In this document: positions 19,406 to 29,257 of the stretch, one piece after another
Layout of the letters: every line of letters starts with the position of its first letter
Numbering within the stretch: position 1 is the stretch's first letter
Notes under the pieces: generated by a model
What the model was told of the DNA's origin: nothing
Seen by the model: the letters and a program-made list of their open reading frames with translations, nothing else
The model's database searches: none
From: Sphingorhabdus sp.
Lineage (GTDB): Bacteria > Pseudomonadota > Alphaproteobacteria > Sphingomonadales > Sphingomonadaceae
Assembly (NCBI RefSeq): GCF_040079335.1
Contig: NZ_JBEBKL010000005.1
Coordinates: 21,511-85,510, forward strand
Reading direction: 5' to 3'
DNA length: 64,000 nucleotides
Position numbers and translations under genes: made by a program

Positions 19406-20452
19406 ATGCTCATTGCCCTGTTCCCCGGAGACGGTATCGGTCCCGAAGTCATCGCCGAAGCGCGCCGTGTGCTTGAGGCTTTGGCGCTACCCGATATGCT
19501 TTTCGAAGAGGCACTGGTGGGTGGTGCAGCCTATAAGGCCAGCGGCCATCCGCTCCCGCAAGCCACGCTGGATTTGGCGAAGCGCGCCGATGCGATATTG
19601 TTCGGCGCCGTGGGAGATCCCGATTGCGATGCGCTAGAGCGGCATTTGCGGCCCGAGCAGGCCATCCTGGGATTGCGCAAGGAACTGGAGTTATTCGCCA
19701 ATTTACGCCCTGCCACGCTGTTCCCTGAACTCGCCGATGCCTCTGCGCTGCGCCCCGAAGTGGCCAGCCAGATTGACATGGTGATCGTCCGCGAAACCAA
19801 TGGCGATGTCTATTTCGGCGAGAAGGGCATGCGCACAACCGCCGATGGCAAGCGTGAAGGCTATGACATCATGTCTTATAACGAAGACGAGGTACGCCGC
19901 ATCGCGCGCGTCGGCTTTGAAACCGCGATGGCGCGCGGCAAGAAACTCTGCTCGGTCGACAAGGCCAATGTCCTCGAAACCAGCCAGCTCTGGCGCGATG
20001 TGGTGATCGAAACGGCGACGGACTATCCCGAGGTCGCGCTGAGCCACATGTATGTCGACAATGCCGCAATGCAGCTCGTGCGTAATCCCGGCCAGTTTGA
20101 TGTCATCGTTACGGGCAACCTGTTCGGCGATATCCTGTCTGACCAGGCATCGATGTGCGCCGGTTCGATCGGCATGCTGCCCAGCGCCACGCTCAATATC
20201 GACCAGAAGGGGCTCTACGAACCCATCCACGGGAGCGCACCTGATATAGCTGGTCAGGGCAAGGCCAACCCATTGGCGACGATCCTGTCGGCGGCGATGA
20301 TGCTGCGCTATTCGTTGGGGCAACCGGAAGCCGCCGACCGGATTGAAGCAGCAGTCGCGGCAGCACTCGCCGCTGGAGCACGTTCACCCGATTTGGGCGG
20401 CAGCCATTCGACCCGCGAAATGGGAGATGCCGTTCTCGCGGCATTGACCTGA
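19406..20452 (+). CDS. leuB: 3-isopropylmalate dehydrogenase
   Basis: [45 protein letters not shown]. Confidence 0.96.
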   Translation: MLIALFPGDGIGPEVIAEARRVLEALALPDMLFEEALVGGAAYKASGHPLPQATLDLAKRADAILFGAVGDPDCDALERHLRPEQAILGLRKELELFANLRPATLFPELADASALRPEVASQIDMVIVRETNGDVYFGEKGMRTTADGKREGYDIMSYNEDEVRRIARVGFETAMARGKKLCSVDKANVLETSQLWRDVVIETATDYPEVALSHMYVDNAAMQLVRNPGQFDVIVTGNLFGDILSDQASMCAGSIGMLPSATLNIDQKGLYEPIHGSAPDIAGQGKANPLATILSAAMMLRYSLGQPEAADRIEAAVAAALAAGARSPDLGGSHSTREMGDAVLAALT

Positions 20453-20479
20453 AGCCATCTCCAGCCGAAAAGCACCCTG

Positions 20480-21688
20480 ATGAAAAAGACCACTGGCCTG
20501 AATCGCGAAATCACCTCCAAATGGCGGCCTGCTACGCAGGCGGTGCGCGGTGGCACATGGCGTAGTGAGCATGGCGAGACGTCGGAGGCGCTCTTCCTGA
20601 CCTCCGGCTATACTTATGATGATGCTGAAACCGTTGCCGCCCGCTTTGCCGGTGAGCAGCAAGGCATGACCTATAGCCGCCTGCAAAATCCCACTGTCGC
20701 GATGGTCGAGGAACGTATCGCGCTTATGGAAGGCGCAGAGGCGTGCCGGATGCAGGCGACCGGCATGGCCGCCATGACCACCGCCTTGCTTTGCCAGTTG
20801 AGCCAGGGCGACCATGTGGTTGCCGCTCGCGCCGCCTTTGGATCGTGCCGCTGGCTGACCGATAGTCTGCTGCCGCGCTGGGGCATTACCACCACGACGA
20901 TCGACGCGCGTGACAATGATGCGTGGAAGGCGGCGATCCAGCCGAACACAAAGGTCTTTTTCTTCGAAACCCCCGCCAACCCGACGATGGATATTGTCGA
21001 CATGGCCTATGTCTGCGGGTTGGCGAAGGAGCATGGCATTACCTCGGTCGTCGACAATGCTTTTGCCACCAGCGTGTTGCAGCGACCGATGGATTTCGGC
21101 GCCGATGTCGTCGCTTATAGCGCTACCAAGCTGATGGACGGGCAGGGCAGGGTGCTGGCAGGCGCGGTCTGCGGCTCGGAAAAGTGGATCAACGACGTGC
21201 TTCTGCCTTTCCAGCGCAATACCGGCCCCAATTGTTCGCCCTTCAACGCCTGGGTGGTGCACAAGGGTCTCGAAACGCTCGAACTGCGCGCCATGCGGCA
21301 ATCTGAAAACGCGCTGGTAGTCGGCCGGTTCCTTGAGGGCCGCGTGCCCAAAATGCTCCATCCGGGCCTCGCCAGCCATCCGCAGCACAATCTGGCGATG
21401 GCCCAGATGAAGGCTTGCGGGCCGATTTTCAGCTTTGTGCTCGACGGCGGCCGCAAACAGGCAATGGCACTGCTCAACGCGCTCGAACTGATCGATATCT
21501 CGAACAATATCGGCGACAGCCGCAGCCTGTGCTGCCACCCTGCCTCGACCACACATTATAGCGTCTCTGCCGAGCAGCGCGAAATCATGGGGGTTGAAGA
21601 AGGCATGCTGCGCATCAATATCGGATTGGAAGATCCTCAGGATTTGATCGACGATCTCGATCAAGCCCTGCTAAAGGTAGGCCTGTGA
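20480..21688 (+). CDS. metZ: O-succinylhomoserine sulfhydrylase (trans-sulfuration PLP enzyme)
   Basis: GETSEALFLTSG, YSRLQNPTV, ETPANP, YSATK, HPASTTH. Confidence 0.88.
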   Translation: MKKTTGLNREITSKWRPATQAVRGGTWRSEHGETSEALFLTSGYTYDDAETVAARFAGEQQGMTYSRLQNPTVAMVEERIALMEGAEACRMQATGMAAMTTALLCQLSQGDHVVAARAAFGSCRWLTDSLLPRWGITTTTIDARDNDAWKAAIQPNTKVFFFETPANPTMDIVDMAYVCGLAKEHGITSVVDNAFATSVLQRPMDFGADVVAYSATKLMDGQGRVLAGAVCGSEKWINDVLLPFQRNTGPNCSPFNAWVVHKGLETLELRAMRQSENALVVGRFLEGRVPKMLHPGLASHPQHNLAMAQMKACGPIFSFVLDGGRKQAMALLNALELIDISNNIGDSRSLCCHPASTTHYSVSAEQREIMGVEEGMLRINIGLEDPQDLIDDLDQALLKVGL

Positions 21689-22089
21689 TACTCGACGCGC
21701 TCTTTGACGAACATGCGACCACTGACGGGGTAACCGTGCGCGTGGTGACAAATTTTCTGGATGACCAGTCCAGTCCATCGCAAAATCGCTGGTTCTGGTC
21801 CTATCATATCCGCATCGAAAACCACCGTGACGATCCGGTGCAGTTGCTTACCCGGCACTGGAAAATCACCGATGGTCATGGCGGCGTGAACCATGTCGAT
21901 GGCGATGGTGTGGTGGGGGAGCAGCCTTTGCTCAAACCCGGTGGCAGCCATGACTATGTCTCGGGCTGCCCGCTTGCGACACCTTCGGGCATCATGGGGG
22001 GGCATTATCGCTTCATCCGCGCCGATGGCTCGACCTTCCTCGTCGAAATTCCGCGCTTCAAACTGGTCGCACCTGCCACCGCACGATGA
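21685..22089 (+). CDS. apaG: ApaG protein
   Basis: QLLTRHWKITD, GVVGEQP, YVSGCPLATPSG. Confidence 0.93.
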   Translation: MILDALFDEHATTDGVTVRVVTNFLDDQSSPSQNRWFWSYHIRIENHRDDPVQLLTRHWKITDGHGGVNHVDGDGVVGEQPLLKPGGSHDYVSGCPLATPSGIMGGHYRFIRADGSTFLVEIPRFKLVAPATAR

Positions 22090-22877
22090 AGCGCACACAC
22101 CTTCCCCTAAACGGCCTGCGCGTATTTGACGCGGCAGCAAGGCATCTAAGCTTCACTAAGGCAGCAGATGAACTGGCGGTGACGCCCGCGGCGGTCGGGC
22201 AGCAAATACGTGCGCTGGAGGATATGCTCGGCGTCGTCCTTTTCCGCCGCACGCCCAAGGGTCTGGAGTTGACTCCAGAGGCGGACAAAGGCCTAGATGC
22301 CCTGCGCGCGGGCTTTTTGCAGTTTGAGGAATCGGTTCGCGCGATGCAATCGGGGCAGACTTCGAATTCGCTGACCATCGCTGCCCCGCGCGATTTTACC
22401 GCCAAATGGCTGACCGCAAGGCTCGCCAAATATGGCACGTCGAACCCGGACCTGCAATTTACTCTGATTTCCTCGGACGGCGAAATCGACTTTACCGAAG
22501 CCAATCTGGATCTCGCGATACGCCTGACCGAGGGCCCCGGCGAGCATGAGGGGGTGCGGTTGGGGGCTGGTGCATTTGTTCGCGTCGGTGGTCCTGAAGG
22601 TGGCGCGACGACGCCGATCAGTTGGCCGGGTTGCCCTGTGGCAGACGGTTCTGCCGCACTTCGGCTGGGTGATGCTGGCCTTGCGATTGATGCGGCGGCG
22701 ATCGGCCTGGGCGAAGCCGTGGTTCCTTTGCTTCTGGCGGCGTCAGACCTGGATGCCGGACGGATACGCGCGATCGACAATAGCCGCGAACATGCGCTTG
22801 CCTATTGGCTCGTCGCACCCCTGCCGCAATGGCGGCAGAAAAAGGTCAAGGCGCTAGTTGAGGCGCTAATCGGTTGA
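22086..22877 (+). CDS. LysR-family regulator (GcvA-like, short)
   Basis: LNGLRVFDAAARHLSFTKAADELAVTPAAVGQQIRALE. Confidence 0.9.
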   Translation: MKRTHLPLNGLRVFDAAARHLSFTKAADELAVTPAAVGQQIRALEDMLGVVLFRRTPKGLELTPEADKGLDALRAGFLQFEESVRAMQSGQTSNSLTIAAPRDFTAKWLTARLAKYGTSNPDLQFTLISSDGEIDFTEANLDLAIRLTEGPGEHEGVRLGAGAFVRVGGPEGGATTPISWPGCPVADGSAALRLGDAGLAIDAAAIGLGEAVVPLLLAASDLDAGRIRAIDNSREHALAYWLVAPLPQWRQKKVKALVEALIG

Positions 22878-22954
22878 AATTTGGATACTAGCTCAAAGAT
22901 GTACTTGCAGCTTTTATTTCATCATCGTTATAGCCGCATCGGAGGGGGAGTTCT

Positions 22955-23623
22955 ATGCTGATATGGGGTTCGCAGGGAAAGTCACGACAACTGGGTGATG
23001 CGGGGACGCAGCATTGCAATGTCTGTGGCGCGACACGGACTTTTTCATATTTATTGCACTATAAAGTGCGCCATATCTGGTATCTGATACGCTGGTCTTC
23101 GGGACGCCAATACCTCAAACTATGTTCGACATGCGGCAATGGATTTCCGGTGGAGCAGGCGGATGTCGATGCGCATAATCTGACGGGAGAGAAGCAAGCC
23201 AATCATATCCCGTTTTTTGATCGACTGGGCTGGCTGGTGGCACTGGGCGTCATCGCTCTTTTCGTCATTTTTGCAGGCATCGCCGGAAATGCCGATAAAA
23301 AGGAAGAAGCGGAAATGATTTCTGCTCCGAAGGTCGGGGACATTTATACTGTCGATGTAGAGAAGCTGCTCCCGAATGAGGCGCTCGAAAAAGGATCCAT
23401 TGGCGGTGATTATGGAGCCTTCCGTGTTGCCGAGATTGAAGGTGACAAGGTTGTTCTGGATGCTCCGAAATTGGTGTACAGCCGTGCCAGCGGTGTACGA
23501 AAGGATATCTCGGCCGGTGAAACTGAAACAAGCGATTATTATGAAGGGCAAATGGACATCACTGTTAAGCAGTTGACCGACCTTCAAAAGGCCGGCGGCA
23601 TTTATGATATCGACCGGCGATAG
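22955..23623 (+). CDS. Zinc-ribbon-containing single-pass membrane protein
   Basis: CNVC...CSTC pairs, one central TM helix, strong GGAGGGGG RBS. Confidence 0.75.
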   Translation: MLIWGSQGKSRQLGDAGTQHCNVCGATRTFSYLLHYKVRHIWYLIRWSSGRQYLKLCSTCGNGFPVEQADVDAHNLTGEKQANHIPFFDRLGWLVALGVIALFVIFAGIAGNADKKEEAEMISAPKVGDIYTVDVEKLLPNEALEKGSIGGDYGAFRVAEIEGDKVVLDAPKLVYSRASGVRKDISAGETETSDYYEGQMDITVKQLTDLQKAGGIYDIDRR

Positions 23624-23692
23624 CTGATCCAGACGACATTTTCTATCTGCACAGCCCTTTTCCGACTGGCCGCAACCATCAAAGAAGTTTCG

Positions 23693-24607
23693 ATGCTCAG
23701 GCTTACCTTTTTTGTTGCTATGTCGGCATTAGTAGTAGTCCCGTCAGGGGCTGAAGCAAAAAAACCGGCGACTGCCACCTGTGCCCCGCTCGGCAAAAGC
23801 AAAGCGCATTTGCAGCAGCTGAAATCAGCGAGCTGGACGATTGCCGACGATGCCGAACGCAATCGCTTTGTGCTGGCGCTGGTCGACTGCAATGGCTCGC
23901 CCGATCCCGAATTGCGCGACGGCATCGCTTTTGAGGCGACCCAGCATTATCTGCGCAAAGGACTGGTGAACGAGACCGCATTGGCAGAACTTTCCGCCAA
24001 GCTGCAGGCGCAACTTGTCGAGCCAGACAAGTCTGGCTTTCGCCGCCCTTTTGCCGCGCTCAATCTTTCCGAAGTGGCGCGAACCGATCGTATCAAGGCG
24101 TGGATGACCGCCGAACAACGCGCGCAACTGGTGAAGGCCTCGGTCGATTATATGCGATCAATCACCGACCATCGCGGTTTTGATAAGGTGGCCGGATACC
24201 GCCATGCGGTGGCACATACGGCTGATCTGATTATGCAATTGGCGCTCAATCCGGCGATCGTAAAAAGCGATCTTGTTCGGATGCGGGGCGCCATCGCGTT
24301 GCAGGTTGCTCCTGCCGGAACGAGCTACGTCACCGGAGAGCCGGAACGCCTTGCTCGCCCCATCCTGTTCATGGCGCAGCGCGGTGCTTTTACCGAAGTG
24401 GAATGGGGCGAATGGCTCGCGCAATTTGCAGGTCCGGGGGCGCTAGGCAGTTGGGATAACGCTTTTCAGTCAGAGGCAGGCCTCGCGCGGCGGCACAATG
24501 TGACGGCCTTTCTCTCGGCCCTCTATGTCAATGCACAGGCCAGCGGTGCAGACGCCCTCAAGCCACTCGCTACCGGCGCGATGGAAGCACTGAAAAAGCT
24601 GCCCTAG
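23693..24607 (+). CDS. Exported DUF2785-like protein
   Basis: Signal peptide; SPDPELRD, RGFD..GYRHAVAHTAD, GEPERLA. Confidence 0.75.
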   Translation: MLRLTFFVAMSALVVVPSGAEAKKPATATCAPLGKSKAHLQQLKSASWTIADDAERNRFVLALVDCNGSPDPELRDGIAFEATQHYLRKGLVNETALAELSAKLQAQLVEPDKSGFRRPFAALNLSEVARTDRIKAWMTAEQRAQLVKASVDYMRSITDHRGFDKVAGYRHAVAHTADLIMQLALNPAIVKSDLVRMRGAIALQVAPAGTSYVTGEPERLARPILFMAQRGAFTEVEWGEWLAQFAGPGALGSWDNAFQSEAGLARRHNVTAFLSALYVNAQASGADALKPLATGAMEALKKLP

Positions 24608-25908
24608 CTGCCGGTAACGCTATCGAGCAGGCGGGTCATCAGGGAGACAAATTGGGCATTGTCGATGTCCTTCGCCGGATTGTTCCAGCTTCCCGAAATC
24701 GCATACCAATCGCCTGCCTTGGATTGGGTCAGGAAACTCATCGAGATTACTCCGGGTTCGGAGCCACCCTTATACCCAAGATAACGCCATTTTCCGGCTG
24801 CTGCAGGGCCAATGCCGCTGTTCACTGCCATGATATCACGGGTGGTCTGGCTGTTCGACCTGCGGAGATTGTTGAGGAGCAATGCTGTATCCGCTGGCGA
24901 GGCGAACCACTCGACGCTGTCAATCGCCACCGGGCCGGAGCCCAAATGGGACATATCAATGGCGGAATAAGACAAAGCCGCCCGTTCGCTGGCGAGAAGT
25001 TCGCGTTGGCCAGCCTCGCTCGCCTTTTCAAACCGCTGACGCAGTGCCGGATTGCTTTTGAGCGCAAAGGCCTCAACCGTCGTGAGCATCGGCAAGGCCT
25101 TGTCCGGCGCGCTGTGCCCGATTGTTGCCAGCTTGCCTTCCACCGCATCGCGCCCCAGTTCGCGCATTAGTGCATCGGTCGCCGCATTGTCGCTGACAGA
25201 GATCATCCATGTTGCCAGCGTTTGCAAGGTCACCGGCGTATCGAGCGGCCAGTTTTGCGTGCCCGCCGAGCTGTGGTTGCGCACGCCCAACGGCACAACA
25301 TCCGACCAGCGGCGTTGCCCGCCAGCAACCTGGCTGGCCAGTTCGGCAAGAACATAAAGTTTGAAGGTGGAGCCAGTGGCGAATTGCTTGTTGTCGTTCA
25401 ACGCGTGCAGCGTTGCAACGCCATCGTCCGACAGTTTTTGAACGACAAAACCACTCGTTCCCGAAAGCGCGCCAAAATCTGTTTTGATTTTATCGATGCT
25501 GTCGCCTTTGACCGCAAAGCCTTTGGCGAGCAAGCCAGCTACCTTGAAGGGAGGAGATACTTCTGTTGTTATTTCGATAGTTGCAATTGCTTTTTCATAT
25601 TCAACCTGAAGAGTCGCATTGTTCGACCCACTACGTTGCACCGATTGGACGGACAGCGCCTTGCCATATTGTTGCGTGAAACTGTCGGAGATCGCCTTGA
25701 TTTGAGCGGGCGGAATAGCGGCAAGGAAGCTGGGGGTGAAAAATGTGTCCAGTTCCATCTGCCCGTTCAATACAGCGATCAATTGCTCGATCCGCGAATC
25801 GAAAGGCGTTGCCGGGGTCGAGGTCGCCGCTTTTGTCGGCTGTGCCATAGCTGGCTGGAAGGCCGCTCCAATACCGATCATGACGGCCAGTGTCAGTTTG
25901 ATTTTCAT
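24604..25908 (-). CDS. Exported serine hydrolase, class A beta-lactamase-like, with N-terminal LpqF-like domain
   Basis: Signal peptide MKIKL...AMA; SxxK GSTFK, SDN (SVSDN), KGG in place of KTG. Confidence 0.85.
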   Translation of the reverse strand: MKIKLTLAVMIGIGAAFQPAMAQPTKAATSTPATPFDSRIEQLIAVLNGQMELDTFFTPSFLAAIPPAQIKAISDSFTQQYGKALSVQSVQRSGSNNATLQVEYEKAIATIEITTEVSPPFKVAGLLAKGFAVKGDSIDKIKTDFGALSGTSGFVVQKLSDDGVATLHALNDNKQFATGSTFKLYVLAELASQVAGGQRRWSDVVPLGVRNHSSAGTQNWPLDTPVTLQTLATWMISVSDNAATDALMRELGRDAVEGKLATIGHSAPDKALPMLTTVEAFALKSNPALRQRFEKASEAGQRELLASERAALSYSAIDMSHLGSGPVAIDSVEWFASPADTALLLNNLRRSNSQTTRDIMAVNSGIGPAAAGKWRYLGYKGGSEPGVISMSFLTQSKAGDWYAISGSWNNPAKDIDNAQFVSLMTRLLDSVTGS

Positions 25909-26516
25909 GGCGCTTCCTTTTCCTCCAGTGCTTCTGTGTTCAAAGCTCGCTCGACATCCACAGGCTGTAGATACAGCGCATCGATCCTGCGCTGCAACCT
26001 GCGTGCGGCATTTTTGTTTAGCAGCCAGATTCCGGCGAAAATTGCCGCTGGCAGACCGATGTTCAGCAACGCCGAACCTAGTGTAATGTGATCCCTTTCG
26101 ATTAATTTTCCGGCAGAAAACAGCGCGAAGCCTGGAATGAATGGTGCAAGATACCATGATCCGACCGATGCAAGCATATCGCGTTCACGAACCAGATTTG
26201 CGCGATAATGCTCAACGATGGCTTCGGCGTCGGTTTCTGGCTGTGGTTTTGAAGATCGACGATGCAATTGCCACATCACAAACAAAGCGGCAGCCGCGGT
26301 CAGCGCGCTACCGATCTTCAAAATTGGAATCGGCAAGAACCAGATGTAAAAACAGAACACCAGCACGATCACATAGCCCGCAATATATTCGCGCAGATTC
26401 CGTTTTCGGACAACGTCGGAAAACTGCGCAGCACGCATATGAACTTCGCCGAGCGACATTGGCTGAAACTGGGAAGAAGAATCCTGCCACACAGTTTTTA
26501 TCTGGCGGTCGTTCAT
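25905..26516 (-). CDS. Four-TM membrane protein, putative anti-sigma factor
   Basis: Four hydrophobic helices; N-terminal IKTVWQ pattern; 4-bp overlaps with both neighbours. Confidence 0.65.
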   Translation of the reverse strand: MNDRQIKTVWQDSSSQFQPMSLGEVHMRAAQFSDVVRKRNLREYIAGYVIVLVFCFYIWFLPIPILKIGSALTAAAALFVMWQLHRRSSKPQPETDAEAIVEHYRANLVRERDMLASVGSWYLAPFIPGFALFSAGKLIERDHITLGSALLNIGLPAAIFAGIWLLNKNAARRLQRRIDALYLQPVDVERALNTEALEEKEAP

Positions 26517-27043
26517 TGCGCATCTCCGGAGAAAGCAAACTTCCGCGCCAAAAGTGCTTTGAAGCGGCTGATTTTGGTCGCGACGGCTCCGGCGGATACA
26601 CCGGTGATTTGGGCAATTTCCGTGCCACTTAGGTCCTCAAGATATAGAAGCATGATTTGACGGTCGGGCGGGTGCAACGCATCTATAATCTGGTGAATGG
26701 CCGCCTTGGCATTCTGCAAATCGGTCAGACTTTCGGGACAAGGCTGGTTTGATGGCAATTCGTAATCTTCGATATTGCATAGGCGGCTTAGCGCCATACG
26801 CTTTTGCCTGAGAATATATGAGGTCCCCCGATTATGGGCGATGCGAAAGACCCAGGTTTTCAGCGAGCAACGGCGATCATAGCTCGCAAAACTCCGCCAC
26901 AGGGCGATTTGCAGGTCCTGTAACAGGTCAAGCCGCCGTTCGGCATCGGCTTCATAGGCTGCTGCTATACGCCCAAGTGCTTGGCCAAATTGCGCCATCG
27001 CCTGTTCGAACAGTTTGTCCTGATCGCCTTGAGTACATGGCAT
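26513..27043 (-). CDS. ECF sigma factor
   Basis: Region 2 DLLQDLQIALW..SLKTWVFRIAHN; region 4 LYLEDLSGTEIAQITG. Confidence 0.9.
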   Translation of the reverse strand: MPCTQGDQDKLFEQAMAQFGQALGRIAAAYEADAERRLDLLQDLQIALWRSFASYDRRCSLKTWVFRIAHNRGTSYILRQKRMALSRLCNIEDYELPSNQPCPESLTDLQNAKAAIHQIIDALHPPDRQIMLLYLEDLSGTEIAQITGVSAGAVATKISRFKALLARKFAFSGDAQ

Positions 27044-27075
27044 GCCCGTTTTCCCTATCGCGCCGACTTAGCTAT

Positions 27076-27103
27076 TAGTCGTCACGCCAAAGGATTTCTT
27101 ACA
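27076..27103 (-). promoter_or_regulatory. Candidate autoregulated ECF promoter
   Basis: Minus-strand TGTAAG-N16-CGACTA, ending 33 bp upstream of the ECF start. Confidence 0.55.
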
Positions 27104-27121
27104 GCCGCCATGAAAATTTGT

Positions 27122-29125
27122 TCAGGCGTCTATGGCTTCCTCGTCCACCGTTGTCGCATGTTCCTGAATGAAACGAAAGCGTGCCTCGGGGCTTTTGCCC
27201 ATCAGCTGTTCGACCCGTTCCTTCACCGCCATCTGCTTCTGATATTCATGCGGCAGGGTGATGCGGATCAATGACCGGGTTTTGGGGTCCATCGTGGTTT
27301 CGCGCAACTGGCCGGGGTTCATCTCGCCAAGGCCTTTGAAGCGGCCGACATCGACTTTCTTGCCCTTGAACTGGGTAGCTTCCAACTCGGCCCGGTGCGC
27401 GTCGTCCTGCGCATAGGCGCTCTGGTTGCCGCTGGTCAGGCGATAGAGCGGCGGGCGGGCGAGGTAGAGATGGCCGCGCTCGACGATCGCCGGCATTTCC
27501 TGAAAGAAGAAGGTCATTAGCAGCGTGGCGATATGCGCACCGTCGACGTCGGCGTCGGTCATGATGATGATGCGGTCGTAGCGCAGATTATCGGGATCGC
27601 AATCCTTGCGCGTGCCACATCCAAGCGCGAGTCCAAGATCGGCGATTTCAGCATTGGCGCGGATCTTGTCATTGGTGGCTGAGGCGACGTTCAGGATTTT
27701 GCCGCGGATGGGCAGGATCGCCTGGGTCTTGCGGTCGCGCGCCTGTTTGGCGCTGCCGCCGGCGCTGTCACCTTCGACGATGAACAACTCGGTGCCATTG
27801 GGATCGTCTGATGCGCAATCGGTCAGCTTGCCCGGCAGGCGGACTTTTTTGCCGCTGGTCGCGGTCTTGCGCTTCACTTCGCGCTCGGCCTTGCGCTTCA
27901 GTCGGTCCTCGACTTTCTCGAGGATGAAACCGAGCATCGCCTTGCCGCGCTCCATATTGTCGGCGAGGAAGTGGTCGAAATGGTCGCGCACCGCATTTTC
28001 AACAAGCCGCGCGGCTTCGGGGCTGGTCAGCCGATCCTTGGTCTGACTCTGGAATTGCGGGTTGCGGACGAAGACCGACAGCATCAATTCGGCTTCGTTG
28101 AAAATATCCTCGGCGGTGATCTGCGCCGCTTTCTGGTTGCCGATCAACTCGCCAAAGGCGCGCCAGCCCTTCGTCAGCGCCGCACGGATACCCGCTTCAG
28201 GCGTGCCGCCATCGGGGGTCGGGATGGTGTTGCAATACCAGCTATAGCTGCCGTCCGAATAGAGCGGCCAGGCGACCGCCCATTCGACGCGGCCCTGACT
28301 TTCCCCTGATTCATTGGCGGGGAAGCTCTGATTGCCGTGGAAAAATTCGCTGGTGACGCAGTTGCGCGCACCCAATTGTTCTTTCAGGTGGTCGGCGAGC
28401 CCACCGGGGAACTGGAACACCGCTTCTTGCGGCACATCGTCGCTTGCCAGTTCGGGGTCGCATTTCCAGCGGATTTCGACACCGGCAAAGAGATAGGCCT
28501 TTGACCGCGCGAGCTTGAACAGTCGGGCAGGCTTGAACTTTGCGTCCGCACCGAAAATCTCGGGATCGGGGGTGAAGGCTATGGTCGTGCCGCGCCGATT
28601 GGGGGTCGGCCCCAATTCTTCGAGCCCGCCCAAGGCTGCGCCGCAGGAGAAACGCTGGCGATAGAGAAGCTTGTTGCGCGCCACTTCGACAACAGTGTCG
28701 GTCGACAAGGCATTGACCACCGAAACGCCCACACCGTGCAGGCCGCCCGAAGTGGCATAGGCCTTGCCCTCAAACTTGCCGCCCGAATGGAGCGTCGTCA
28801 TGATGACTTCAAGCGCAGACTTTCCAGGAAATTTGGGGTGCGGATCGACCGGGATGCCACGGCCATTGTCGCTGATCGTCAGCCTGTTGTTGAGCCCAAG
28901 CACAATCTCGATGCGATTCGCATGGCCCGCAACCGCCTCGTCCATGCTGTTGTCGAGCACTTCGGCGGCAAGATGGTGCAGCGCGCGCTCGTCGGTGCCG
29001 CCAATATACATGCCGGGGCGACGGCGCACAGGCTCCAGCCCTTCGAGAACCTCGATGGCCGAAGCATCATAACCGCCAGATTCAGAACCGGCGGGGATAG
29101 CTCCGCCGAACAGATCATCACTCAT
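27122..29125 (-). CDS. parE: DNA topoisomerase IV subunit B
   Basis: LEPVRRRPGMYIG, GGLHGVG, EGDSAGGSAK, PIRGKILN, MTDADVDG, RFKGLGEM; no large GyrB insert. Start MSDDLFG. Confidence 0.92.
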   Translation of the reverse strand: MSDDLFGGAIPAGSESGGYDASAIEVLEGLEPVRRRPGMYIGGTDERALHHLAAEVLDNSMDEAVAGHANRIEIVLGLNNRLTISDNGRGIPVDPHPKFPGKSALEVIMTTLHSGGKFEGKAYATSGGLHGVGVSVVNALSTDTVVEVARNKLLYRQRFSCGAALGGLEELGPTPNRRGTTIAFTPDPEIFGADAKFKPARLFKLARSKAYLFAGVEIRWKCDPELASDDVPQEAVFQFPGGLADHLKEQLGARNCVTSEFFHGNQSFPANESGESQGRVEWAVAWPLYSDGSYSWYCNTIPTPDGGTPEAGIRAALTKGWRAFGELIGNQKAAQITAEDIFNEAELMLSVFVRNPQFQSQTKDRLTSPEAARLVENAVRDHFDHFLADNMERGKAMLGFILEKVEDRLKRKAEREVKRKTATSGKKVRLPGKLTDCASDDPNGTELFIVEGDSAGGSAKQARDRKTQAILPIRGKILNVASATNDKIRANAEIADLGLALGCGTRKDCDPDNLRYDRIIIMTDADVDGAHIATLLMTFFFQEMPAIVERGHLYLARPPLYRLTSGNQSAYAQDDAHRAELEATQFKGKKVDVGRFKGLGEMNPGQLRETTMDPKTRSLIRITLPHEYQKQMAVKERVEQLMGKSPEARFRFIQEHATTVDEEAIDA

Positions 29126-29179
29126 GCGCGCTGCTATAGGCTCCGGCGATTCTTTGTGGCAAGTGTCGTATCGAGGACG

Positions 29180-29195
29180 CGTGACGCGGGTCACA
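29180..29195. promoter_or_regulatory. CRP/Clp-like palindrome upstream of the MBL gene
   Basis: CGTGA-CGCGGG-TCACA, one mismatch to TGTGA-N6-TCACA. Confidence 0.35.
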
Positions 29196-29257
29196 CAAGC
29201 CGTCACAAAAGTTGTGCATAAGTTGCCGGAGATTTCTCGCAGACAAGGGAAGTTGCA

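Noticed and set aside
20453-20479. SAM riboswitch before metZ
   Set aside because: The intergenic gap is only 27 bp and has no aptamer pattern.
22086-22877. LysR pseudogene (263 aa, shorter than typical)
   Set aside because: The frame is intact with both HTH and C-terminal motifs; it is more likely a compact effector domain.
29190-29207. Pho box (GTCACA repeats)
   Set aside because: The period is 12 rather than 11 bp and the match to CTGTCAT is weak.
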